Shown: positions 15,001 to 27,000 of the stretch, one piece after another
How the letters are laid out: every line of letters begins with the position of its first letter
How positions within the stretch are numbered: the stretch's first letter is position 1
Source of the DNA: Thermoanaerobaculia bacterium
Lineage (GTDB): Bacteria; Acidobacteriota; Thermoanaerobaculia; Multivoradales; Multivoraceae
DNA length: 64,000 nucleotides
Direction: 5' to 3'
NCBI GenBank assembly: GCA_963666565.1
Contig: OY762911.1
Location: 4,224,001-4,288,000, forward strand
Position numbers and translations under genes: made by a program
Notes under the pieces: generated by a model
The model's input: only the letters and a program-made list of their open reading frames with translations
Database searches by the model: none
Told to the model about the DNA's origin: nothing

Positions 15001-18000
15001 AGGACGACGACGGCGACGCCGGCACGGCGGACATCGCGCACACCGCCAGCGGCGGAGGCTACGGCAGCATCACCGGCACGGTGACCGCAACTGAGTCGGA
15101 CAACGACGCGAAGGGCTTCACCTTCTCGGCGTCCAACGTTTCGGTCACCGAGGGCTCGACCGCCACCTACAAGGTCAAGCTGGCGACCAAGCCGTCCGCC
15201 AGCGTCACCGTGACGATTGCGCAAAGCACCACCGGCACGCCGGACACGGACCTCAGCGTCAAGACCGGCGGCTCGCTCACCTTCACCACCGACAACTGGG
15301 ACACCGACCAGACCGTCACGCTGGAGGCCAAGGAGGACGACGACGGAGACGACGGCACGGCCGACATCGCCCACACGGCGACCGGCGGCGGCTACGGCAG
15401 CGTGACCGGCAGCATCACCGCGACGGAGGACGACAACGACACCAAGGGCTTCACGTTCTCCGCCTCCAACGTGAGCGTGACCGAGGGCTCGACGGCCACC
15501 TACACGGTGAAGCTGGCGACCGAGCCCTCGGCGAGCGTCACGGTCACCGTCGCCCGCAGCACCGCCGGCACGCAGGACACGGACCTCAGCGTCAAGACCG
15601 GCGGCTCGCTCACCTTCACCACCGACAACTGGGACACCGACCAGACCGTCACGCTGGAGGCGAAGGAGGACGACGACGGAGACGACGGCACGGCCGACAT
15701 CGCCCACACGGCGACCGGCGGCGGCTACGGCAGCGTGACCGGCAGCATCACCGCGACGGAGGACGACAACGACACCAAGGGCTTCACCTTCTCCGCCTCC
15801 AACGTCTCCGTGACGGAGGGCTCCACCGCCACCTACAAGGTCAAGCTCAAGACGAAGCCCTCCGCCAGCGTCACCGTGACGATTGCGCGAAGCACCACCG
15901 GCACCCAGGACGCGGACCTGAGCGTCAAGACCGGCGGCTCGCTCACCTTCACCACCGACAACTGGGACACGGACCAGACCGTGACGCTCGAAGCCAAGGA
16001 GGACGACGACGGCGACGCCGGCACGGCGGACATCGCGCACACCGCCAGCGGCGGAGGCTACGGCAGCATCACCGGCACGGTGACCGCAACTGAGTCGGAC
16101 AACGACGCGAAGGGCTTCACCTTCTCGGCGTCCAACGTTTCGGTCACCGAGGGCTCGACCGCCACCTACACGGTCAAGCTCAAGACCGAGCCCACCGCCA
16201 GCGTCACCGTGACCGTCGCGCGCAGCACGACCGGCACCCAGGACTCGGACCTGAGCGTGAAGACCGGCGCGTCGCTGACTTTCACCACTGACAACTGGGA
16301 CACCGACCAGACCGTCACCCTGGAAGCCAAGGAAGACGACGACGGAGACGACGGCACCGCCGACATCGCTCACACGGCGAGCGGCGGCGGCTACGGCAGC
16401 GCGACGGGCACCGTCACCGCCACCGAGTCGGACAACGACACGAAGGGCTTCACCTTCTCGGCGTCCAACGTCTCGGTCACCGAGGGCTCGACCGCCACCT
16501 ACAAGGTCAAGCTCAAGACCGAGCCCTCCGCCAGCGTCACGGTCACCGTCGCGCGCAGCACCACCGGCGCCCAGGACTCGGACCTGAGCGTGAAGACCGG
16601 CGGCTCGCTCACCTTCACCACCGACAACTGGGACACGGACCAGACCGTGACGCTGGAGGCCAAGGAAGACGACGACGGCGACGACAGCACCGCCGACATC
16701 GCCCACACCGCCAGCGGCGGCGGCTACGGAAGCGTCACCGGCACCGTCGCGGCGACCGAGGACGACAACGACGCGAAGGGCTTCACCTTCTCGGCGTCCA
16801 ACGTCTCGGTCACCGAGGGCTCGACCGCCACCTACAAGGTCAAGCTGGCGACCGAGCCCTCGGCGAGCGTCACGGTGACCGTCGCGCGGAGCACGACCGG
16901 CACGCAGGACTCCGATCTGAGCGTCAAGACCGGCGGCTCGCTCACCTTCACCACCGACAACTGGGACACGGACCAGACGGTGACGCTCGAAGCCAAGGAA
17001 GACGGCGACGGCCTCGACGGCACGGCGGTCATCGTCCACACCGCCTCCGGCGGCGGGTACGGATCGGTCACCGCCGAGCTGACGGCGACCGAGGACGACA
17101 ACGACCGAGGACTCACGCTGTCGGCCAACACCGCAACGGTGACCGAAGGCGCCACCAAGGACTACACCGTCAAGCTCGCCACCAAACCCACCGCCAGCGT
17201 CACGGTCACCGTCGCCCGCAAGGCCGCCGGCACGCAGGACGCGGACATCAGCGTCAAGACCGGCTCTTCCCTCACCTTCACCACCTCCAACTGGAACACC
17301 GCTCAGACCGTCACCCTGGAGGCCAAGGAAGACCACGACGGGGACGACGGCACGGCGGTGATCGTGCATACGGCAAGCGGCGGCGGCTACGGCTCCGTTA
17401 CGGCGGAGCTCACGGCGACGGAGGACGACAACGACACGAAGGGCTTCACCTTCTCCGCCTCCAACGTCTCCGTGACGGAGGGCTCCACCGCCACCTACAA
17501 GGTCAAGCTGGCGACCAAGCCGTCCGCCAGCGTCACCGTGACGATTGCGCGAAGCACCACCGGCACCCAGGACGCGGACCTGAGCGTCAAGACCGGCGGC
17601 TCGCTCACCTTCACCACCGACAACTGGGACACCGACCAGACCGTGACGTTGGAGGCCAAGGAAGACGACGACGGCGACGACGGCACGGCCGACATCGCCC
17701 ACACGGCGACCGGCGGCGGCTACGGCAGCGTGACGGGCACGGTGACCGCCACGGAGTCGGACAACGACACCAAGGGCTTCACCTTCTCCGCATCGAACGT
17801 GAGCGTGACTGAGGGCTCGACGGCCACCTACAAGGTCAAGCTGGCGACCAAGCCGTCCGCCAGCGTCACCGTGACGATTGCGCGAAGCACGACGGGCACC
17901 CAGGACGCGGACCTGAGCGTCAAGACCGGCGGCTCGCTCACCTTCACCACCGACAACTGGGACACGGCGCAGACCGTCACGCTGGAGGCCAAGGAAGACG

Positions 18001-21000
18001 ACGACGGCGACGCCGGCACGGCCGACATCGCGCACACGGCTGCCGGCGGCGGCTACGGCAGCGCGACGGGCACCGTCACCGCCACCGAGTCGGACAACGA
18101 CACGAAGGGCTTTACCTTCAGCGCGTCGAACGTGTCGGTGACGGAGGGCTCGACGGCGACCTACACGGTCAAGCTGGCGACCGAGCCCTCGGCGAGCGTC
18201 ACGGTCACCGTCGCCCGCAGCACCACCGGCACCCAGGACGCGGACCTGAGCGTCAAGACCGGCGGCTCGCTCACCTTCACCACCGACAACTGGGACACGG
18301 CGCAGACGGTCACGCTGGAGGCGAAGGAGGACGGCGACGGAGACGCCGGCACCGCCGACATCGCCCACACCGCCAGCGGCGGCGGCTACGGAAGCGTCAC
18401 CGGCACCGTCGCGGCGACCGAGGACGACAACGACGCGAAGGGCTTCACCTTCTCGGCGTCCAACGTCTCGGTCACCGAGGGCTCGACCGCCACCTACAAG
18501 GTCAAGCTGGCGACCGAGCCCTCCGCCAGCGTCACCGTGACCGTCGCGCGGAGCACGACCGGCACGCAGGACTCCGATCTGAGCGTCAAGACCGGCGGCT
18601 CGCTCACCTTCACCACCGACAACTGGGACACGGACCAGACGGTGACGCTCGAAGCCAAGGAAGACGGCGACGGCCTCGACGGCACGGCGGTCATCGTCCA
18701 CACCGCCTCCGGCGGCGGGTACGGATCGGTCACCGCCGAGCTGACGGCGACCGAGGACGACAACGACCGAGGACTCACGCTGTCGGCCAACACCGCAACG
18801 GTGACCGAAGGCGCCACCAAGGACTACACCGTCAAGCTCGCCACCAAACCCACCGCCAGCGTCACGGTCACCGTCGCCCGCAAGGCCGCCGGCACGCAGG
18901 ACGCGGACATCAGCGTCAAGACCGGCTCTTCCCTCACCTTCACCACCTCCAACTGGAACACCGCTCAGACCGTCACCCTGGAGGCCAAGGAAGACCACGA
19001 CGGGGACGACGGCACGGCGGTGATCGTGCATACGGCAAGCGGCGGCGGCTACGGCTCCGTTACGGCGGAGCTCACGGCGACGGAGGACGACAACGACACG
19101 AAGGGCTTCACCTTCTCCGCATCGAACGTGAGCGTCACCGAGGGCTCGACCGCCACCTACAAGGTCAAGCTGGCGACCAAGCCGTCCGCCAGCGTCACCG
19201 TGACGGTTGCGCGAAGCACCACCGGCACGCAGGACGCGGACCTGAGCGTCAAGACCGGCGGCTCGCTCACCTTCACCACCGACAACTGGGACACGGACCA
19301 GACCGTGACGTTGGAGGCCAAGGAAGACGACGACGGCGACGACGGCACGGCCGACATCGCCCACACGGCGACCGGCGGCGGCTACGGCAGCGTGACGGGC
19401 ACGGTGACCGCCACGGAGTCGGACAACGACACCAAGGGCTTCACCTTCTCCGCATCGAACGTGAGCGTGACTGAGGGCTCGACGGCCACCTACAAGGTCA
19501 AGCTGGCGACCAAGCCGTCCGCCAGCGTCACCGTGACGATTGCGCGAAGCACCACCGGCACCCAGGACGCGGACCTGAGCGTCAAGACCGGCGGCTCGCT
19601 CACCTTCACCACCGACAACTGGGACACGGCGCAGACCGTCACGCGGAGGCCAAGGAAGACGACGACGGCGACGACGGCACCGCCGACATCGCGCACACCG
19701 CCAGCGGCGGAGGCTACGGAAGCGCGACCGGCACGGTGACCGCCACGGAGTCGGACAACGACACCAAGGGCTTCACCTTCTCCGCATCGAACGTGAGCGT
19801 GACTGAGGGCTCGACGGCCACCTACAAGGTCAAGCTGGCGACCAAGCCGTCCGCCAGCGTCACCGTGACGATTGCGCGAAGCACCACCGGCACCCAGGAC
19901 GCGGACCTGAGTGTGAAGACCGGCGGCTCGCTCACCTTCACCACCGACAACTGGAGCACCGCCCAGACCGTCACGCTGGAGGCGAAGGAGGACGACGACG
20001 GCAACGACGGCACCGCCGACATCTCGCACACCGCCAGCGGCGGAGGCTACGGAAGCGTCACCGGCACGGTGACCGCAACGGAGTCGGACAACGACACCAA
20101 GGGCTTCGCCTTCTCCGCGTCCAACGTCTCCGTGACGGAAGGCTCCACCGCCACCTACAAGGTCAAGCTCAAGACGAAGCCCTCCGCCAGCGTCACCGTG
20201 ACGGTCGCGCGCAGCACGACCGGCACCCAGGACACGGACCTGAGCGTGAAGACCGGCGGCTCGCTGACCTTCACCACCGACAACTGGGACACCGACCAGA
20301 CCGTCACCCTGGAGGCCAAGGAAGACGACGACGGCGACGCTGGCACGGCGGACATCGCGCACACCGCCAGCGGCGGAGGCTACGGCAGCGCGACGGGCAC
20401 CGTCACCGCCACCGAGTCGGACAACGACACCAAGGGCTTCACCTTCTCTGCGTCGAACGTGTCGGTGACGGAAGGCTCGACGGCCACCTACACGGTGAAG
20501 CTGGCGACCAAGCCGAGTGCGAGCGTCACGGTCACCGTCGCCCGCAGCACCACCGGCACGCAGGACGCCGATCTGAGCGTGAAGACCGGCGGCTCGCTGA
20601 CCTTCACCACCGGCAACTGGAGCACCGCCCAGACGGTGACGCTGGAAGCGAAGGAGGACGACGACGGCAACGACGGTACCGCCGACATCTTGCACACCGC
20701 CAGCGGCGGAGGCTACGGAAGCGCGACGGGCAGCGTCACTGCGACGGAGGACGACAACGACACGAAGGGCTTCACCTTCTCCGCGTCGAACGTGACGGTG
20801 ACGGAGGGCTCGACGGCGACCTACACGGTCAAGCTAGCGACCAAGCCCACGGCCAGCGTTACCGTGACGGTCGCGCGGAGCACGACCGGCACCCAGGACA
20901 CGGACCTGAGCGTCAAGACCGGCGGCTCGCTGACCTTCACCACCGACAACTGGAGCACCGCCCAGACCGTCACGCTGGAGGCGAAGGAGGACGACGACGG

Positions 21001-24000
21001 CAACGACGGCACCGCCGACATCTCGCACACCGCCAGCGGCGGAGGCTACGGAAGCGTCACCGGCACAGTCACCGCTACTGAGTCGGACAACGACGCGAAG
21101 GGCTTCACCTTCTCCGCATCGAACGTGAGCGTGACCGAGGGCTCGACGGCGACCTACACGGTCAAGCTCAAGACCGAGCCCACCGCCAGCGTCACCGTGA
21201 CGGTCGCACGCAGCACGACCGGCACCCAGGACTCCGATCTCAGCGTCAAGACCGGCGGCTCGCTCACCTTCACCACCGACAATTGGGACACCGACCAGAC
21301 CGTGACGCTCGAAGCCAAGGAGGACGACGACGGAGACGACGGTACCGCCGACATCTTGCACACCGCCAGCGGCGGAGGCTACGGAAGCGCGACGGGCAGC
21401 GTCACTGCGACGGAGGACGACAACGACACGAAGGGCTTCACCTTCTCCGCGTCGAACGTGACGGTGACGGAGGGCTCAACGGCGACCTACACGGTGAAGC
21501 TGGCAACCAAGCCCACGGCCAGCGTCACCGTGACCGTCGCGCGGAGCACGACCGGCACCCAGGACGCGGACCTGAGCGTCAAGACCGGCGGCTCCCTGAC
21601 GTTCACGACGGGCAACTGGAGCACGGCGCAGACCGTCACGCTGGAGGCCAAGGAAGACGACGACGGCAACGACGGCACCGCCGACATCGCGCACACCGCC
21701 AGCGGCGGAGGCTACGGAAGCGTCACCGGCACGGTGACCGCAACGGAGTCGGACAACGACACCAAGGGCTTCACCTTCTCCGCGTCCAACGTCTCCGTGA
21801 CGGAAGGCTCGACCGCCACCTACAAGGTCAAGCTCAAGACGAAGCCCTCCGCCAGCGTCACCGTGACGGTCGCGCGCAGCACGACCGGCACGCAGGACAC
21901 GGACCTGAGCGTCAAGACCGGCGGCTCGCTCACCTTCACCACCGACAATTGGGACACCGACCAGACCGTCACCCTGGAGGCCAAGGAAGACGACGACGGC
22001 GACGCTGGCACGGCGGACATCGCGCACACCGCCAGCGGCGGAGGCTACGGAAGCGTCACCGGCACAGTCACCGCTACTGAGTCGGACAACGACGCGAAGG
22101 GCTTCACCTTCTCCGCGTCCAACGTTTCGGTCACCGAGGGCTCGACCGCCACCTACAAGGTCAAGCTCAGGACCAAGCCCACGGCCAGCGTCACCGTGAC
22201 GGTCGCACGGAGCACGACCGGCACGCAGGACACGGACCTGAGCGTCAAGACCGGCGGCTCGCTCACCTTCACCACCGACAACTGGGACACCGACCAGACC
22301 GTCACGCTGGAAGCGAAGGAAGACGACGACGGCGACGGCGGCACCGCCGACATCGCCCACACCGCCAGCGGCGGCGGCTACGGCAGCGTGACCGGCAGCA
22401 TCACCGCGACGGAGGACGACAACGACACCAAGGGCTTCACCTTCTCCGCATCGAACGTGAGCGTGACCGAGGGCTCGACGGCCACCTACACGGTGAAGCT
22501 GGCGACCGAGCCCTCGGCGAGCGTCACGGTCACCGTCGCCCGAAGCACGACCGGCACGCAGGACTCGGACCTCAGCGTCAAGACCGGCGGCTCCCTGACG
22601 TTCACGACGGGCAACTGGAGCACGGCCCAGACGGTCACGCTGGAGGCGAAGGAGGACGACGACGGCGACGCCGGCACCGCCGACATCGCCCACACCGCCA
22701 GCGGCGGAGGCTACGGAAGCGTCACCGGCACGGTGACCGCCACGGAGTCGGACAACGACACCAAGGGCTTCACCTTCTCCGCGTCGAACGTGACGGTGAC
22801 TGAGGGCTCGACGGCGACCTACACGGTGAAGCTGGCGACCAAGCCCACGGCCAGCGTCACCGTGACCGTCGCGCGGAGCACGACCGGCACCCAGGACGCG
22901 GACCTGAGCGTCAAGACCGGCGACTCCCTGACGTTCACGACGGGCAACTGGAGCACGGCGCAGACGGTCACGCTGGAGGCGAAGGAGGACGACGACGGCA
23001 ACGACGGCACGGCCGACATCGCGCACACCGCCAGCGGCGGAGGCTACGGCAGCGTCACCGGCACGGTGACCGCAACTGAGTCGGACAACGACACGAAGGG
23101 CTTCACCTTCTCCGCATCGAACGTGAGCGTGACCGAGGGCTCGACGGCCACCTACACGGTGAAGCTGGCGACCGAGCCATCGGCGAGCGTCACCGTGACC
23201 GTCGCCCGAAGCACGACGGGCACCCAGGACGCGGACCTGAGCGTCAAGACCGGCGGCTCGCTCACCTTCACCACCGACAACTGGGACACGGACCAGACCG
23301 TGACGCTCGAGGCCAAGGAAGACGACGACGGCAACGACGGCACCGCCGACATCTCGCACACCGCCAGCGGCGGAGGCTACGGAAGCGTCACCGGCACAGT
23401 CACCGCTACTGAGTCGGACAACGACACGAAGGGCTTCACGTTCTCCGCATCGAACGTGAGCGTGACCGAGGGCTCGACGGCCACCTACACGGTGAAGCTG
23501 GCGACCGAGCCATCGGCGAGCGTCACGGTGACCGTCGCCCGCAGCACCGCCGGCACCCAGGACTCGGATCTCAGCGTCAAGACCGGCGGCTCGCTCACCT
23601 TCACCACCGACAACTGGGACACCGACCAGACCGTGACGCTCGAGGCCAAGGAAGACGACGACGGCGACGACGGCACGGCCGACATCGCGCACACCGCCAG
23701 CGGCGGAGGCTACGGCAGCGCGACGGGCACCGTCACCGCCACCGAGTCGGACAACGACACAAAGGGCTTCACCTTCTCTGCGTCGAACGTGTCGGTGACG
23801 GAAGGCTCGACGGCCACCTACACGGTGAAGCTGGCGACCAAGCCCACGGCCAGCGTCACCGTGACGGTCGCGCGGAGCACGACCGGCACGCCGGACACGG
23901 ACCTGAGCGTCAAGACCGGCGGCTCGCTGACCTTCACCACCGACAACTGGAGCACCGCCCAGACCGTCACGCTGGAGGCGAAGGAGGACGACGACGGCAA

Positions 24001-27000
24001 CGACGGCACCGCCGACATCGCCCACACCGCCAGCGGCGGAGGCTACGGAAGCGTCACCGGCACAGTCACCGCTACTGAGTCGGACAACGACGCCAAGGGC
24101 TTCACCTTCTCCGCATCGAACGTGAGCGTGACCGAGGGCTCGACGGCGACCTACACGGTCAAGCTCAAGACCGAGCCCACCGCCAGCGTCACCGTGACGG
24201 TCGCGCGCAGCACGACCGGCACCCAGGACTCGGATCTCAGCGTCAAGACGGGCGGTACGCTCACATTCACCACCGACAACTGGAACACCGACCAGACCGT
24301 CACCCTGGAGGCGAACGAGGACGACGACGCGGCGGACGGCACGGCGGACATCGCGCACACCGCCAGCGGCGGCGGCTACGGCAGCGTGACCGGCACGGTG
24401 ACCGCCACCGAGTCGGACAACGACACGCCCGGCTTCACCCTCGAATCGACGACCGTGGAGGTCCCCGAAGGCTCCACCGCCAGCTACCAGGTCAAGCTGA
24501 ACGCCGAGCCCAGCGACAGCGTCACTGTCACCGTCGCTCGCAAGTCCGGCAACGAGCACGACTCCGACATCACCGTCAAGACGGGCGGTACGCTCACATT
24601 CACCACCTCCAACTGGAACACCGACCAGACCGTCACCCTCGAAGCCAAGGAAGACGAAGACGCGGTGCCCGGCACCGCCGTCATCCAGCACACGGCCTCC
24701 GGCGGCGGCTACGGCTCCGTCACCGCCGAACTGACGGCCATCGAGTCGGATGACGACGAGCAGAGCTCGCCGCCGGTCACGCTCGCCGCCGCCGACATCA
24801 CGCAGACCACGGCGACGCTCACGCTCACGAACCACTCGGGCAACTGGCGCCACAAGCAGACGAGCCCCTCGGCGGGAGACTGCTCCTCGGCCATCACCGG
24901 CAACACCGCCGATCTGACCGGCCTGAGCCCGGACACCACCTACACATGGAAGGCCTACAGCGACGACAACTGCTCGGCCGAACTCGCCAGCGAGACCTTC
25001 AGGACGGCGGCCCCCGGGCTGAGCGTGACCCTGTCGGCGAGCGCGGTGAGCCCGACGACCGCGATCCTGACGCTCTCCCACCACTCGGACGACTGGCACC
25101 ACAAGTACACGACGCCGGACGGCGGGACCTGCTCCGGCGCGATCGCGCAACCCTCGACGAACGTCGCCGACCTGACGCCGGAGACCGCCTACACGTGGAG
25201 GGCCTACGACGACGCCTCCTGCTCCACGGAGATTGCCGCCGAGACCTTCACCACGCCGCCGCTCGCGCCGCCCCCGTCGCTCCCGCCGCCAGTCCACTTG
25301 CGGGCGTCCGAGATCACGATCACGTCGGTGACCCTGACCTTGGACAACTACGCCGAAGACTGGTGGTACGGCAGCGAACAGGCCGGCATCGCCTGCGACG
25401 CCGCCTCCGGCAACACGGCCTACACGAACGGTCTCATCGCCGACACGTCTTACACCTTTCAGGCCTACGCCGATTCCGGCTGCTCGGCGGAACTGGCCCG
25501 GACGGTCGTCACCACTCTCCCCGCCTCGCCACCGGAGGCGCCGTCGCGCCTGGAAGCGACGCCCGGCCACGCTTCCGTCACGCTGAGATGGGCCTCCGGA
25601 GGCGACGGCGGCGCGCGGATCACCGGATGGCAGTACCGGAAGCAGGTCCAGGGCGCCTCCTCCATGGAAGCCGGCTGGACGCAGATCCCCGGCAGCGGAG
25701 CGAGTACCCGGGAGTTCAAGGCGACCGGGCTCGCCATCGGAACCGCCTACCGGTTCCAGGTATGCGCCACGAATTCCGTCGGCACTGGCGAACCTTCCCC
25801 CGTCTCCGCCGAGGCCGTCCCGATCGACCTGGGGCCAACGGTCGTCGCGCCGCTGTTCGACGTCCGGCTGATCCTGGGCGGCGAGTCTCTGGCGATCGAG
25901 GTGGCGGACTCGTTCGGCGGCGACGGGACGATCTGGGATGCCTCGGTCGAGGATCCGGCGGTCGTCGGAATCCGGCTCGCGGGCTCGACCTTGACGCTGT
26001 CCCCGGCGGGGCTCGGCCGCACCACAGTGACCGTGACGGCCACGAACGACTACGACTCGATCGCCCAGACCTTCGCCGCCGAGGTTCGGGACGCGGCGCC
26101 CTTCGTGAACCGGCAGTTGCCGGACGCTGAGATGCGCATCGACGAACCCACCCTGCGCATCGGCTTGGACGGGGCCTTCGGCGGCACGTCGCTTCGCTAC
26201 GCGGTCTCCTCCTCGGCGCCGGACGTGGCCGACGTCGCCATCGACGGCGAGACGCTCGTCGCGCGGCCCGTCGGCGTCGGCGCCACGGTGATCGGCGTGA
26301 CCGCGTCCAACGACTCGGGCGAAGCGACGCAGACCTTCGAGATCGCCGTGCGCGACGCGCCGCCGCGGGCCATCGACAAGCTGCCGGACGTGCGGTTCTT
26401 CGTCGGCGACGACCCGGTCCAGGTCGCCCTGGCGTCCGCGTTCGGCGGCACGAATCTCGTCTTCTCGGCCTCCTCGTCCGACTCCACGGTCGTCGCGACG
26501 ACCGTGTCCGTGCCGGCGGACGGCGGCGGCACGCTGACAGTAATGCCGCTGGCGCCGGGACGGGCGACGGTGACCGTCCGCGCCTCGAACGCCGAAGGCG
26601 AAGCCGTCCAGCGCTTCGCCGCGACGGTCGAGGACCGGGCGCCCGTCGCGGTCGGCACGCTGCCGGACCTGATCCTCTTCGCCGGCGGCGGACCGCTGGA
26701 GGTCGATCTGGCGCCCGCGTTCACCGGCACGAACCTCGTCTTCGAGGCGGCCTCGCTCGATCCGGGCATCGCCGAGGTCAATCTCGCCGGCGCGACGCTC
26801 ACGGCATCGCCGGTCCGGGAGGGCCGCACGGAGGTGGTCGTCGCGGCGGCGAACAGCGCCGGACGAGTCGAGCAGCCGTTCGCGGTCTCCGTGATGACGG
26901 ATCCCGCCGAGAGGGCGACGCTTGAGAACGCGCTGGCTGCGGTCGGGCGGGCGACGCTGAGCAGCGTGAACCAAGCTCTCGAGTCCCGGTTCGCCGCGAA

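Noticed and set aside
4123-24760. Possible diversity-generating retroelement or shufflon acting on the repeats
   Set aside because: No reverse transcriptase or recombinase is in the window, and variation is largely synonymous and not visibly adenine-specific.
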